This document shows positions 1 through 13,179 of a stretch of DNA of 51,653 nt, piece by piece. A program made the position numbers and the translations under genes. Location of the stretch: positions 361,852-413,504 of the forward strand of contig MU057822.1 in assembly GCA_013265495.1 (NCBI GenBank), written 5' to 3'. The notes beneath the pieces are model-generated. The model saw only the letters and a list, made by a program, of their open reading frames with translations. It ran no database searches and was not told where the DNA came from. How positions within the stretch are numbered: the first letter of the stretch is position 1; each line of letters begins with the position of its first letter. Source of the DNA: Vicugna vicugna (lineage: Eukaryota).

Positions 1-267
1 AACCCTTTATGAGAGTTGATGACCAGAAGAGGTCTTTGAAGGATAGGAACCTGTTACTTAAAACTGTGCAGTGATACTGGAGTGAGGGGTTGGGACAGAT
101 GACAACAGATAATCAGAAACTGAATTCGAGTATGTAAGTCCATGATCCCAGTGATGAGACCTTCTCTGTCTACAGCTACTGGTACCTTTCTGAGGAGACA
201 TTGGCCACAGTAGCTTGGCCCCAGGTGTTGTCATATGTGACCGTTTCTTCTCCTGTTTCCTTTCAAG

Positions 268-472
268 GAGATCTCTTTGCTGCCACTTTCCTCATTAAGA
301 ATGGGTCCCTTGTCAATGCTGTGACGTTGGGTGCCCAGGAGACACCATTGCACCTTGTGGCATCATACAGTTCAAAGAAGCACTCAGCAGATGTGATGTC
401 CGAGATGGCGCAGATTGCAGAGGCCCTGCTGCAGGCTGGTGCCAACCCCAACATGCAGGACAGCAAGGGCAG
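268..472 (+). CDS. ANKFY1: ANKFY1 (Rabankyrin-5) internal coding exon, first in window; gene is 5'-partial
   Basis: tttcaag| acceptor, AG|gtcagt donor; encodes GDLFAATFLIKNG...ETPLHLVA...GANPNMQDSKGR (ankyrin repeats), matching recalled ANKFY1; phase fits next exon. Confidence 0.95.
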
Positions 473-1887
473 GTCAGTTGGGGAGCAGGTCGACCGCTCA
501 GCACTATTCCCAGATTGTTATTTTATGGCGGCATGTAACTAGCAGGTGGTGGCACTTCATGGTTTTTTTCAGTTGAGCATGATTCAGTCTGAATTTTATT
601 GAAGTCACAAACATTGATTTGTTTTGCAAATGAGAGAGATGACTAAAGCCAGAGGCATTTGGGGAAACCATTTCCATCCTAGGTAACTGAGGTCTTTGGA
701 TTTTTAAGCAACTTCTGTCATCCCCAGAGTGGTCATCCAGTCCAGCTCCTTCTTCCAGCATCTTTGTTAGAGTTAGTTGGATACTTTGAAGAAGAGGAGT
801 GCGTTTCTCTCAAAGCAATCCGTTTTATTTCTGTGAGGTCTAATTTGGGGGAAATTCTCTGTATTAAACCCAATTCTAACTTCTCATAAACACTCCCGCC
901 TTAGACAGTGTCTGCTCAGTTTGCCCTCTTCTTCCGCAGCACAACCCTTTGCAGAGTTGACAGTGGTTGTCATGTTCCTTTTGCCCCTTCCGCAGGAATA
1001 CTTGGTTTAGAGTCTAAGAAAGGGCTGCTTGTCTTTGGGACAACAGTGTGGGAGGCATGGAAGAGGACTTAAGCCACCTGAGTCACCAACACAAGTGGGA
1101 CCCACTTTTTATCATAGCAGCTCAGTATTTTATACCTTTGAGGAACCATCTCAGAAAATAACTGTGAAGCCGTCAGGATAGGAAAACAGATTTGTGTAAT
1201 GGATAAATTACTGAAATAAGGTGGATCTCCATGAACTCAATGTAATATGATAATTACCTTATTTACCAAATAATTGCATTCTTGTTTTTTCTTCTGGTCA
1301 TTCCTTAATTTTCCCCCCCAACCGTCATAGACTGTAGCATTCTGAACCTCTGAGCTAGATGCTAGCCGGGGGCCCCTGTGCTCTGTGGTGGCAGTCTTCC
1401 TCGGGGCACACGAGGGCTAAAGTGAAGCCATGGAGAGCAGTTCAGTGCCATTCTAATCAATTCCCACTGTTGCCACTCAGAATGTGTTTTGAGTGTAAGA
1501 GAGAATTATGGGAAGAAAAAAATTTCTTTTCAGAATCGTGGACGGTAAGTAGGGGAGAATAGGCATTCCTATGGCAGAAACTACTGTTTTAGAAACATGA
1601 GTATGTGCACATTCAGTGAGGGTCAGGATCTCATTGGAGAGTATTTTGGTATCTCTTCCTTTTATTGATTCTTGTCCGTTTGGCTACTGAATAAATTATA
1701 ACATCTAATCTAATCCTTTTTCATTCGTTGATGCTTGGTCATGGTTTTGGAAAACTGTTTGCCAGGGATACAAAAAGACACTGTTGGCAGAAATGTGGAA
1801 CTTGTTGCAGATTCTAGTCACCTCCTGCTATGAGTAGTCCTGAACTGCCCCGTCCTGAGTTGATGCCTCCTTTTTTTCTTCTTGCAG

Positions 1888-1956
1888 GACTCCCTTACAC
1901 TTGTCCATCATGGCCAGGAACGAATACGTGTTCAATCAGTTGCTGCAGTGTAAACA
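1888..1956 (+). CDS. ANKFY1: ANKFY1 coding exon (69 bp)
   Basis: ttcttgcag| ... CA|gtacgt; encodes (R)TPLHLSIMARNEYVFNQLLQCK(Q). Confidence 0.93.
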
Positions 1957-2180
1957 GTACGTAGGGAGACGTGGAGAAACGAAAAAGCAGTTGTGAGGGT
2001 GGGATTGTGAGTGAAAAATAATTCTCCTAAAATACCTTTTAGCACTATCAACTTTACTAAGTAAAAGTAAAATAAAAAATTGTCATTCACAAAAGTATAG
2101 AGGGAAAGAATGTGGCTGTTGGCAGTACAGAGTGCCAGAAGACGATTGTATTTGCTGTTTGCATTGCTTCCTCATTTCAG

Positions 2181-2380
2181 GTTAGATTTAGAGCTGAAGG
2201 ACCATGAGGGCAGCACCGCTCTGTGGCTTGCAGTGCAGTACATCACCGTGTCTTCCGACCAGTCCGTAAACCCCTTCGAAGACCTCCCCGTGGTAAATGG
2301 GACCTCATTTGATGAAAACAGCTTTGCGGCCAGACTCATTCAGCGTGGCAGCAATACCAATGCACCTGATACAGTAACAG
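2181..2380 (+). CDS. ANKFY1: ANKFY1 coding exon with NPFED motif (2269-2283; EH-domain binding)
   Basis: catttcag| ... G|gtaaag; LDLELKDHEGSTALWLAVQ...SVNPFEDLP...APDTVT. Confidence 0.95.
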
Positions 2381-2600
2381 GTAAAGCACAGATTCCCGAA
2401 GTGCCGATGCTCAGTCTGGAGACTCCATGAAATACTGTGTCAGTGATTTCACCAGAAATTTAGAAACTGGATGACATGCTCTTACAAAATTATTTTGTAT
2501 TTAATTTTAATTATAGTAAAAGTCCGATCTTGTGCTTCAGAAAACTTAGCCAGACTCTAAGTTATATCCTTTTGGCTGAAACACTTCTATTTATTTAATG

Positions 2601-3330
2601 CAGTGAGTTTCAGTCTTCTTGAACTCAGAACTCTTTTTACCCTCTTAAAAATTATATCCTAAAGAGCTTTTTGTTTAAGAGGGTATCTTTGATATTCACC
2701 ATGTTAGAAATTAAAGCTGAGAAATTTTTAAAAGATATATTAATTAATAATAACAACAACAAATCATTTTATGTTAACATGAAACATTTTTTATGAAGAA
2801 TAATTTTCAAAACAAAATTTAGTTGAAAGATTAACTGGTTTCTGATATCTGCATCTGTATTCAATCTTTTGAGATATTTTGTTTTCATTAAAGAAAGTAC
2901 ACCCCCTCACACGGTTACGTAGTTGGAAGAGGGAGGCGTATTTTAAGAGCCTTTTCAGGTAATTGTGGATATATTACTTTGATACTGCAAGCAAAATTTA
3001 TCAAGGGGTAATTTCTCTAAAGTTAGTTTCAGTGTGGAATCTGAAACTATATTAATGAAATTTTTATACTCTGTTATATTAAAATTTATGGTCTGTTCGT
3101 GCTTTAAATGGATTTTTTCTCTTCATGATTTTGTAACATCATGCCTTAGTCATTTGGAAAGCCTTGGTTCACTGAGTTATGCAGATCTTCAAAATGTTCA
3201 TTTATTTTAGAATCACATTTATTAATATCACCACTGATCTCTCAGAAGAATCTTTCAGTATTGAGGAACTTAGAGTTGCAGATAAAAGTTTTCCAAAATT
3301 CTAATTTTCGCTTGTAAGGTCAAATTTTAT
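2601..3330. mobile_element. hAT-Charlie (Charlie1-like) DNA transposon fragment; bounds approximate
   Basis: ctcagaactctttttaccctcttaaaattat...aaagagctttttgttt...ttagaaattaaagctgagaaattt resembles the recalled Charlie1 terminus. Confidence 0.6.
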
Positions 3331-4327
3331 CATTTGGTAGAAATAGTGTACTTAATTGGGTTATCAAAGAGTGAGACATGTAAGAGACTGATTCTGTGTT
3401 GTATGAGAGTTGAATGTCAGACTGTACAGATACAGGTTTTATAGAAATTTGGCGTGTGCTTGAAAAGAGTGTGCATTCTTTAATCGAAAGATGCATGTAG
3501 CGTTCTCTATATGCCCAGTAAATCAACATGTTCATTATGCTGTTCAGGTCTTACTCATTTGCTTACTCATTAACTTTTGGACTCCTTGATCCGTCAGTTT
3601 CTGGGAGGCACATTAAAAATGTTCGCTTTGATTATTGGTTTGTCTATTTTTCTTGCTAGTTCTGTCAATTTTACATTATATACCTTGCGTTTTAATTCAA
3701 GTTCAGGATTATTATTTTTTCCTTGTTCCAGTTTTCATGCACATGTAATAACCTTAGTCCACTGTTTTTCAACATATCAGTAAATGCTTTAGCAGTTGCA
3801 GGGTGCATCTTTGTTCTATAGGGAGGTGTATGATTTATGCCTTGTCTGTACCAGAATGACTTCAGAAGTGAAAATGGGACTTTTTTATTAGGAGTCTCTA
3901 AATTAGAATGACTCACGTAGGCGTGGAACCACGTTATCTGAGGGAAAAGGAAAGAACGGCGTGGAAACAAAGCAGTGCTCTGTCGGTTGCTCCACCTTAT
4001 TTTTACTCCTGGTATTTAATTTAATATGAGTTTTCAAATAGCATAGCTGTAGAAAATAATATTTTGTGTTTATCCAGAAAGGAAATGGATTTTAATAGAA
4101 AGAGAAAACATTGCTCTGGGGGTTAAAACTGTTTTGAGGGGAAAAGAGAAAATTTTTTGTTTTTTTCTTTCTTAGATTTTTATTTAGAAAAGAGTGATGG
4201 TACTAAGCTAAACATTTCTAAGCCAAGAACAAACATACTTAAGGCTCTAGGAGTAAAAGTGAGGTATTTAAGGAGCATTTTCTAGTAGAACTTCAGCTTA
4301 CAGTGTCTTCAAAATGGTCATCTAGCC

Positions 4328-4551
4328 CAGAGGTTCTCAGACAGAGATGACTCCCTGACCCGTATCGCCCGAGGGACACTTGGCAAATCTGCAGACATTT
4401 CATTGCGGCAGTAAGGTCGAGGGTGCTACTGGCATCTAGTGGGGAGAAGCCGGTGGTGCCACTAAATATTACACAGTGTACAGAGCAAACTCCTCACAAC
4501 AAAGAATTATCTGGCCCAGGATGTCAGTAGCACTGCTGTTGAGAAATCGTG
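4328..4551 (+). mobile_element. MER20 (non-autonomous hAT-Charlie)
   Basis: cagaggttctca...gggtgctactggcatctagtgg...acaacaaagaattatctggccca...gttgagaaa; degenerate 8-bp flanks atctagcc/ttctaacc. Confidence 0.85.
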
Positions 4552-4850
4552 TTCTAACCAACCCTGGTAAAGAGTCATAACTTACCTCTGGTCCCAGGTG
4601 GTGGCTAGTGGCAAACCCAGGTAAGAGTGAGTGTCTTCTGACTTCCAGACCAAGTCTTTGCTCCACCCAGGCTCCTCTTAGTCTCTGTGTCCACATACAG
4701 AGAGGGCCTGTGTGGACTTAAATGGTACCTACTTCCGGTGTGGACTTGTCAGTAGTGAAAGGTGGTGGGGCGTGGCAGGATGTGGTGCCGCGGGGAACTT
4801 GACCTTATTTTTATGCAAATAGAAGAGTGACTATGCCCATTTTCTCCTAG

Positions 4851-4948
4851 GAAATTGCTTACTGCAGCGGGCAGCTGAAGCAGGAAATGAGGCCGCAGCT
4901 CTTTTCCTGGCAACCAATGGCGCCCACGTCAACCACAGAAACAAGTGG
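4851..4948 (+). CDS. ANKFY1: ANKFY1 coding exon
   Basis: tttctcctag| ... TGG|gtaagt; GNCLLQRAAEAGNEAAALFLATNGAHVNHRNKW. Confidence 0.95.
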
Positions 4949-5339
4949 GTAAGTGTGGCAGGACAGCCAGGCGAAGCAGTTTTGGTCTGTGGAAGAATTG
5001 GCAGTGGTGGACGGGTAGATGAAACAGAATACATTTATTTTTCAGTTTTTGTCAAAATAATACATATGCATTGTTAAAAAATCAGAGTGTAACAGATGCT
5101 TTTATCCTAAAATACAGGTTTGATTGATTTATCTAGCAACCATTTCTTAAGCATTTGTGGTATGTCAGGTCCTAAACAATGTACTGTGGACTTCATGGTC
5201 TAATAGTGATTGGCAAACGTGGACACAGAAACCTACCATGATATAACTTAATTTTTTTAAAATAACATTTCGCATTTGCTGAGGTTTTCCTGTGTGAATG
5301 CTTATTTAGTCTTTATCTGAAGCTAAGGCAGATGGTACA

Positions 5340-5580
5340 GTGTTACAATGAAACGATAGCCTTTCGGGTTGGACATTCCTGGATTTACCAGATTTCCCAT
5401 TTCCCATCCTGCCATATGTAGTCTTAGGCAAGTTACTTCTTAACTTCAGTTCTCATCTATAAAGTGGGGTGAACACTGATTTCATAAGGTGTGGTTAAGA
5501 TAAAAAGAAATGATTTATTTAAGTAATTTTCAGCATAACATCTGGGACATTAGATACTAAGTGATAGTTATTTTTACTTT
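5340..5580 (+). mobile_element. MIR SINE; bounds approximate
   Basis: core-like tcttaggcaagttactt...cttcagttctcatctataaagtgggg. Confidence 0.65.
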
Positions 5581-8036
5581 ATTATTTTCACATAGAGAAG
5601 ATGTGCTTGAGATCACATTTATTGTACAACTCCTTTGTGCTAGGAGCTTTAAGGTTATTATCCCTTTCAGTGCTCACAGTGGACCAAGAAGTGGCATGTG
5701 TTGAAGAGACATTTCCAGCATCTATAAGTCCTTCATTTCAGGGTAAAGAACCTTGAGGTTTTGAGAAGTTAAGTGGCTCGTAAATAATGGAGCCACTATT
5801 AAGACTCAGGCACTTGAATGTGTAGTTGCATTCTCTCTCAGCAGCGCTGGGCAGGCAGTAAATGGCACGCTTGGAGTATGAGACATACCAGAGTGTCTTG
5901 GAAGCGCAGGGGAGAGGACCACACCATTTGTTTCCACCATGCAATTTACTAATCTGTCTGCACCTACACCCACACCAGGCCTGCTCTCCAGCTGGAAGGA
6001 TGCACGTCCCTGTACGCACCAGCGGCTGGTTTCTTGGCTTTGCTCCTGCCATTGTGTCTCTGCTTCTGTCTGTCTCCTGTTTCATCAGTTCTGCCCACTG
6101 TTCATTTCTAGTAGCATACTGCTGTGCTCTGCTGTCTCTCAAGTCTAAAAAACCCTCCCTTAAGCCCACGTTGTCTACCAGTTGTTCCTTCTCTGATACC
6201 ATTCATAGCAAAATGGGGTGAAACCTTAAGATGCAGCGGCACAGAGGAGACTTGACTTGAGAGCAAGTGAGAATGACACCAGAGAAGGGTCTGGAACGCT
6301 GGTTTAAAGTCTTTTGACTTTGTCCTGTGGGAAGAGAAAGTCCATAGACGTAGAAAAGCAGTACAAGCATATTAGAGTTGAGAAAGCTGGGGGCAGCTGG
6401 CGAGGTGGAAGTACCAGTAAGGTCCAGGTTGGAGCCAGACGGGAATCATCCAGACAAGCAGTGGCCTTTCCTGACTTCTGATACTGGATTGGGACCCAAC
6501 AGGTTGGATTTCAGAAGAATTGTAGAATGACAGTCAACAGGACACGCCTCTGTGGCTCTCAGAAGCAAGGGCAGGAGAGGTGTTAAGACTTGTGTCAGAC
6601 CCGAGAAGAGAAGGAAAGGACTGGCTAGGTGGGCTGTGGTGAGAGTGGATTCAGTTTTGTGGTGGTTGAACTGCTTTTTAAGCAATCAGATGGGGGAATC
6701 CTGCAGTTAATGGGAGAACTGGATGCAAAACCAGGGTGGAGAGAGTTTTAGAGTGGGTTTGAGTGTGCCCTGTGTGTAGATCCTGGGGGATGTCGTGGGC
6801 GGAGATGAGAACACCCAGGGAGGATGTCAGGAAGAAGGGCTGGAGCAGAAGGTAGCCCCGAGGAGGAGGCTCCCAGCCCGATTGTGATGTGGCTCTGTGG
6901 GGAGGGGTGAGGAGGGAAGGGGGCATGTGGAGGGAAGGGAGTGAAAGAGCCAAATCCTTATCACACGATGAAATCACAGTGGTAGGACCCACGGGGAATC
7001 CCGCACCCGGAAAATCAAGATGCAGTAATAAAACCATGTTAGATAGAAATGTGGAGACTACAAAGCCCAGCTCAAAGAGTTCAAAGAGGTTCCCTCTGGA
7101 AAAGAATTTTTTTAGGAAAGAGGAGGTGGGATCTTGCTATTTTTCAAAGCCAGCCTTGTGTGTAGAGTTCTTGGACTCTTTAAACAATGAGTTTGTATAA
7201 CTTTGATAGGAGCTGGTGCAGAGCAATGTGTTCAAGTTGTTCCCATTTGTTTGGGTGAAAAGATCCTGTGAGTGTGCATGCATGCGTGTGTGTACACATA
7301 CATATATTCACACACACATATACACATACGTGTGTATATGTCTTTCTGTGAGTATTCCATCGCTGGAGATAAACCTGAAACTGGTAATAACGGTTCCTTT
7401 AAGGGAGGAGGATTGGGTGGTGGGGGCACGGCTTGAAGGGAAGCTTCTTTTCACTGTGTATGCTTGTACCTCTTGAATATTGAATCAAGTACCAATAATA
7501 ACAATTTAAAATGTTTTTAATTTTAAGAAGTAGGCGAAGGAGGGCTTGATCAGAGTTCAAGATGAGGTTGATAAGAGCTGGTCAGAGAAGCAGGGTGTTG
7601 GTGTGCTGGTGGGGGTCAAAGAGATGTGATGGCTGACGACCGCACTGCTTCTCTGGGGCCGTGAGTGTGAGGCTCTTCCAGTGTCTACAGTGTTTATTTT
7701 AGTGACACCTGGAGGCCGTCTGTTGTTGTTTAATGATGATATGTGATTTTTATAATTAGCAAAATAGTTATAAAAACAGTGAAGTGTGGAAATGCAGAAG
7801 AGTGGGAGCCAGGGCGTTTGGAAGGTGCTTGGAAAGGCATGGAAGGAGCTAAGGATGGCGGCACAGGGGAAGGGAAGGAGAGGAGATGGTGAGGAGTGGG
7901 GCAGAAGTCATGGAGCCGGTGACAGGATGAGCGGAGGGCTGCGCCTGGCGCTGGGGGCCCGAGTTTCCACACATAGTCTGTCTTCATCCCTTTGTGACTG
8001 AAAGTGCTCTGACTGGGGCCGCTTGCTTCCTTTTAG

Positions 8037-8265
8037 GGAGAAACCCCGTTGCACACAGCCTGTCGGCACGGCCTGGCCAACCTCACCACAGAGCTCCTGC
8101 AGCAGGGGGCCAACCCAAACCTGCAGACGGAGGAGGCCCTGCCGTCGCCAAAGGAGGGTGCATCCCTGCCCAGCTCCACAGACAGCGTCTACCTGCAGAC
8201 GCCACTGCACTTGGCGATTGCCTATAATCATCCAGATGTCGTGTCTGTCATCCTGGAGCAGAAAG
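8037..8265 (+). CDS. ANKFY1: ANKFY1 coding exon
   Basis: ccttttag| ... G|gtgggt; GETPLHTACRHGLANL...QTPLHLAIAYNHPDVVSVILEQK. Confidence 0.95.
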
Positions 8266-9169
8266 GTGGGTAGGGGGAATTCCTGCCCATCACTGTGACC
8301 TTTCAGCAGTGGTTTTAAGCAGTTAATGACCGAGTTGATGTCCCTTTGAGGTCAAACCAGATAAGCATGTAGTCTGGCTCCAAGCCTCTGTGTTTCCCTC
8401 TGTACATTTTCAGGCTGAGGCCTGCCTACTTCACTTGCTTGGTTAAGGTGTTAGGACCCCCGACCACTCCTCTCTTATTTCAGGGCATTTCCCAGGCCAC
8501 TTTGGTGTGGGTCAGACAGAGCTTTGCCTTGGCGTGAGCAGTCTTTGAGAACCCTGCTGCGGAGGTCTTCCATGAGCCAGTCGACCCCGTCACCTGCCTC
8601 TGCACCTCCCTGGCAGGTGGACCCTGAGAGAGGAGCCAGAAGGGGGGCCAGGGGAAGCCCCTGGAAGGCGGGAGGCCCATTTCCCTCAGAAGGCCGCCTT
8701 CTGGTTTTTCTCTTTCCTGCCCTGAAATGTGTTTTGCTCTTGCCTGCATTCTTGTTGAGGCCAGCATTTTTATTGTGCTTGTGGAAGGGAGTAGGCTGTG
8801 CCTTTTTCTTAGCCTCACAGGAGCTGTAAGATGGTAGGACTCACTTGTGTTAGGAAATCTTTGCCAGGGCATTGTTTTCATTCTCTTTTCAGTCATCAAG
8901 TAATTTATGTGTGTTTCCATAGTGGAGTCTGTTTTCCTTTTGTGAAGATTCAGTGTTTCAACCTTTAAAAACATTCATTTTCCTCACAAGCTTCACTCCA
9001 GAATATCAAAAGTCTGGGCTTCCACTCCCCACAAGAAGATTTATCCATTCTCTTTGTATAGAAATCATCAGTAAGTCAGTTTGAAACTGAGCTCGTATTC
9101 TCTGGAGTACCTTAAATGTGATTCATAGGATGGTGAAATCAAGTGTTCTTTTCCTTTTAAAAAATTTAG

Positions 9170-9268
9170 CTAATGCTCTTCATGCCACCAACAACTTGCA
9201 AATTATTCCGGACTTCAGCCTCAAGGATTCCCGAGACCAGACTGTGCTGGGCCTGGCACTGTGGACTG
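9170..9268 (+). CDS. ANKFY1: ANKFY1 coding exon
   Basis: aatttag| ... G|gtaagg; ANALHATNNLQIIPDFSLKDSRDQTVLGLALWT. Confidence 0.94.
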
Positions 9269-9524
9269 GTAAGGCGGTGCCAGAGGCTGCTGATACCTGC
9301 AGACAGACAGATGTCAGAGGGTGGGTGTGTGAGGGAGGGAGGGAAGTGAAAGGGTTGGAGCTAATCATTTGCTGTAAAATAACCTTTCCATTTGGGTTAA
9401 GCCAGGAATAGCCAGTGGAAAGCTGTTGGCTTGGAGAGCTTGAGAAGGGGTGTTTGTTGCAGTAAGGGGTTGAGGAAGTGGGAGAGGCTGAGCCCGTGTC
9501 ATTCAGGGCTGGTCTGTTTCGCAG

Positions 9525-9678
9525 GCATGCACACGATTGCAGCCCAGCTGCTGGGCTCTGGGGCTTGCATCAACGACACCATGTCGGACGGGCAGACCTT
9601 GCTGCACATGGCCATGCAGCGGCAGGACAGCAGGAGCGCGCTCTTCCTGCTGGAGCACCAGGCGGACATAAACGTCAG
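9525..9678 (+). CDS. ANKFY1: ANKFY1 coding exon
   Basis: tttcgcag| ... AG|gtgggc; GMHTIAAQLLGSG...GQTLLHMAMQRQD...ADINVR. Confidence 0.94.
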
Positions 9679-10412
9679 GTGGGCTGGACAGCACTCTACC
9701 GCAGCACCTTTAATTGAGGTGGTCCAAAAGCAGAGCCTTGCTTGTAGAAAATATTTTTGTAACTTGTTAAATAAGAGAAGGGAAATAATGACTCTGAAAA
9801 AATACCGATTCTGTGTTGTAAGTAAATGTAATCGTGGACTCAGAAGGGGTCTTGTACTTTGCCCTTATTTGAACCGTTCAAGACCAGAGCACAGTATGGC
9901 CCAAATCTCATCAAAAAGGGCAATCCGAAATCGATTGTTTAAGTAGGAAGTTCAGTTGTTATGAAGACCATTTCAACAAATGAGCTATCAAAAGTCTTGA
10001 GGGGGAAAAATAAAGAGATAAATTTTGTATTTTCTAAGGAATTTATCTTTATCTCCAATGTCAAGTGACCTAGAATGACTAAGTGGATGAAAGAAGTGTT
10101 TTGTCAAGTGGATAGTTGGGGTGGCATTTTATTCAGTTGCTATTAAACGCAGCTGTATACCTGTCCGATTTCAGCATGCTGGGATGTTGGTCAGTTATCT
10201 TCTGGGTGCAGTAGGATAGTGTGGCTATATTTTTTAAAGGCAGGAGGGACAGAGGCTATTGACAGGTTAAATTTCTCTGAAAGAATATTAATGAATGTGA
10301 GGGAAGTGTGTTTAAAGGATACAGTGGGCTCTGTCTCTGGAATGCCCGGAGGGACACCCTTTATCATTTGGCCCCAGCTACAACATTGGTTTTGGTGTGC
10401 GTGTACTAACAG

Positions 10413-10581
10413 GACTCAGGATGGGGAGACAGCCCTCCAGCTCGCCATCAGAAATCAGCTTCCGCTTGTAGTGGACGCCATATGCACCCGGGGCGCTGAC
10501 ATGTCCGTGCCCGACGAGAAGGGGAACCCCCCGCTGTGGCTGGCGTTGGCCAGTAACCTGGAGGACATCGCATCCACTCTG
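10413..10581 (+). CDS. ANKFY1: ANKFY1 coding exon
   Basis: tactaacag| ... CTG|gtgaga; TQDGETALQLAIRNQL...LEDIASTL. Confidence 0.93.
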
Positions 10582-11361
10582 GTGAGACAAGAAGTGTCTC
10601 AGCTTCATCTCTGTTTACATGTGGGGATGTTTCGTGCCAGAGGTGCATTTGGTGCCTGCAAAGCAATCACAAAGAGCAGGAGAGCTGCCAAGTAACTAAC
10701 TGGGTCCAGGACGAGCAGTTGAAAGTCATGTTAAATAAACTTGCAGTTCACTGTAGTCTTGCCAACACCTTTTCTTCGACTGTCTTTATCAAGTAAACTA
10801 TCAAGAAGCATTTCCTCAGGGGCCTTCTGAGGTGGGGTAACTGGATGTAGGCTGCCCTCGCTATCACCATAGCGATAAGGTCTCAATCTCAGAAGACAAA
10901 CGCCAAAAGTGGCAGCAACCCTGAAAGCTCATCTTGTTTGCTGAAGGCCCTGACATGTGACATTTAGGCATTTTGCACGTAGGGGTTTTCCCCAGTTGTT
11001 CTTGAGATTACTTGTGCATTACAGTTATATGTTACTGGGGCGTGTGAGTGTGTGTAGCTGGCACTTGTGTGTGTTTTCTGTCCCTTCTAAGACACAGGTC
11101 TAGAGGACACTAATCAAATGTATCTTTCTTTGATTTCTCAAGCCCATCTTGCAGCAGCTAAGTGCAAAAACTTGCAGTGAGCAGATTTTAATTAGTGTTT
11201 ATAAAACTAATAAATGGTACAGATTAAAATAATTTTCAGTTAATTATCAACTGTATCTTGCCAGAAAAATGGATCTAATGATGTGCGTAAGCTCAAAGAT
11301 GGTAATAAAAATGTTCGCCTTTGCTAGGCAGTATTTGTGAGTGAGCCGTGTTCTCCTGCAG

Positions 11362-11480
11362 GTCAGACATGGTTGTGATGCCACGTGCTGGGGTCCAGGA
11401 CCTAGCGGGTGCCTCCAGACCCTGCTGCACAGAGCCATTGATGAGAACAACGAGTCCATCGCCTGCTTTCTTATTCGCAG
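11362..11480 (+). CDS. ANKFY1: ANKFY1 coding exon
   Basis: ctcctgcag| ... AG|gtccga (weak donor); VRHGCDATCWGPGPSGCLQTLLHRAIDENNESIACFLIR. Confidence 0.92.
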
Positions 11481-12134
11481 GTCCGAGAAGCCTAAGTATC
11501 CCTTTGAAAACTGGCTCATTTCTCATTTGCTCTAACTACGGCCTTGGCATGCCTGTAGCTGGCTTGACCTTCATCATGAGGGCTGCTAGGGGGTCACTGT
11601 TCTTCAAGTCAAGTCAGCCAGGGACTTACTCACTTTTAAGGAGAGGGGCTCATGTACCCACTTCAGAGAATCTGAAAGCTAAGCCAGCTTCCTGCTTTGG
11701 GAGCCATGCAGGTCACACAGTGCGACCAGGAGCGGGGGTGGAGGAACCGAACGGTCTCTGCATGGCTGCACCACGACTCCTGAGCCGGCACGGGCCCCGC
11801 AGCCTCCACGTGCAGGGTGTGCGGGAGGCAAGGTTATTCAGGAAACCTTCAGAGCGGTGATTCTCAAGCTTTCATAGCGTGCAGGTCCCCTGGGGAGCTA
11901 TTAAGTGTTCTGATACCCAGATTACCCCCAGGACCATCTGCTGAAGAATCCGTGGGAGCGGGACCCAGATACCGGTATTTGAGGCCAAGGACCAAGGACT
12001 GCTGTCCGGGCAGCAGCGGCCTCCCTGCTGGGTGGGGTGAGGCTGCGGCTGTCCGCCTCGCAGCGTGCTCGTGCTTTCCCCCCGGGTTGGGGCATGGCTT
12101 CTGAAGCCTTCCCTTTACTTCCCCTTCCTTTCAG

Positions 12135-12291
12135 TGGCTGTGATGTGAATAGTCCCAGACAACCTGGTGCTAATGGAGAAGGAGAGGAGGAGGCCAGAGA
12201 TGGGCAGACCCCCTTGCACTTGGCAGCCTCCTGGGGGCTGGAGGAGACGATACAGTGTCTTCTGGAGTTTGGTGCCAATGTAAATGCACAG
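12135..12291 (+). CDS. ANKFY1: ANKFY1 coding exon
   Basis: cctttcag| ... CAG|gtatgg; SGCDVNSPRQPG...GQTPLHLAASWGLEE...NVNAQ. Confidence 0.95.
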
Positions 12292-12978
12292 GTATGGAGA
12301 GTCTCTCTTTTCCAGGGAGGTGGGTGGTAACTCCAGGACCAGGGAAACCTCCTCTTACGGCAGGGGCCTCGCTGATTCTCTAGTCCCGGGCCTCTGCTTC
12401 ACCCGGACGGGCACAAGGTGCAGACTGGTGAAGTGACTCTCTCTGTCGTGCAGCCTGTCTAGTTGTTTTAATGATTTCAGGCTAAGACTTTCCTTCTTTG
12501 TGTCTTGGTCCTTTCTACAAAGTGAGGAAGATTTGTTCAGTCAACTTTCCCTTACCCCCTGTCCCCATTAGTTAACAGATTTCCACTGAGAATTTGTTCT
12601 AGCCCCAGGCTGAGTACCGTGTTTAGGAAATTGTTCCAGTAGCTCAGTGGCGCATCCATGAGTTATATTCCTTGATGCTCTTCAGTGTTCCAGCCTGTGG
12701 AGGTTTGTGTGCTGCCCTGCTGCCAGATAAGCAGTGGTTTAACTTAGAGGTGAGGTTGACAACTTTTCTAAACCTAGTGTGTTCGTGGCTCTGGGTCACT
12801 GGAATGTGAGGGTAACGGGCAGTGGCTGTTGGTCACCTCAGTGTTTAGCCTCTTGAGATGCTGATTTCAAATACAGAGTGGCAGTATTGATTCTCAGAAC
12901 CAAATTCAATTTAAAAGTTATTCCCCTCCATATTTTTCCTGGGTTTTAACTTCATTTAACTGGGCCTTGTCCCCATAG

Positions 12979-13179
12979 GATGCAGAAGGCAGAACGCCTG
13001 TCCACGTGGCCATCAGCAACCAACACGGCGTCATCATTCAGCTATTGATTTCTCACCCTGAGATCCACCTGAACGTACGAGACAGACAGGGCCTGACCCC
13101 CTTTGCCTGCGCCATGACCTACAAGAACAATAAGGCGGCTGAGGCCATCCTAAAACGAGAGTCTGGGGCTGCTGAGCAG
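12979..13179 (+). CDS. ANKFY1: ANKFY1 coding exon
   Basis: ccccatag| ... CAG|gtgagt; DAEGRTPVHVAISNQH...ESGAAEQ. Confidence 0.95.

Noticed and set aside
265..270. NAGNAG (AAG GAG) tandem acceptor
   Set aside because: GAG acceptors are rarely used and nothing else supports it
10858..10875. Hairpin TCGCTAT-cacc-ATAGCGA
   Set aside because: A 7-bp stem is expected by chance in 50 kb; no snoRNA or miRNA features
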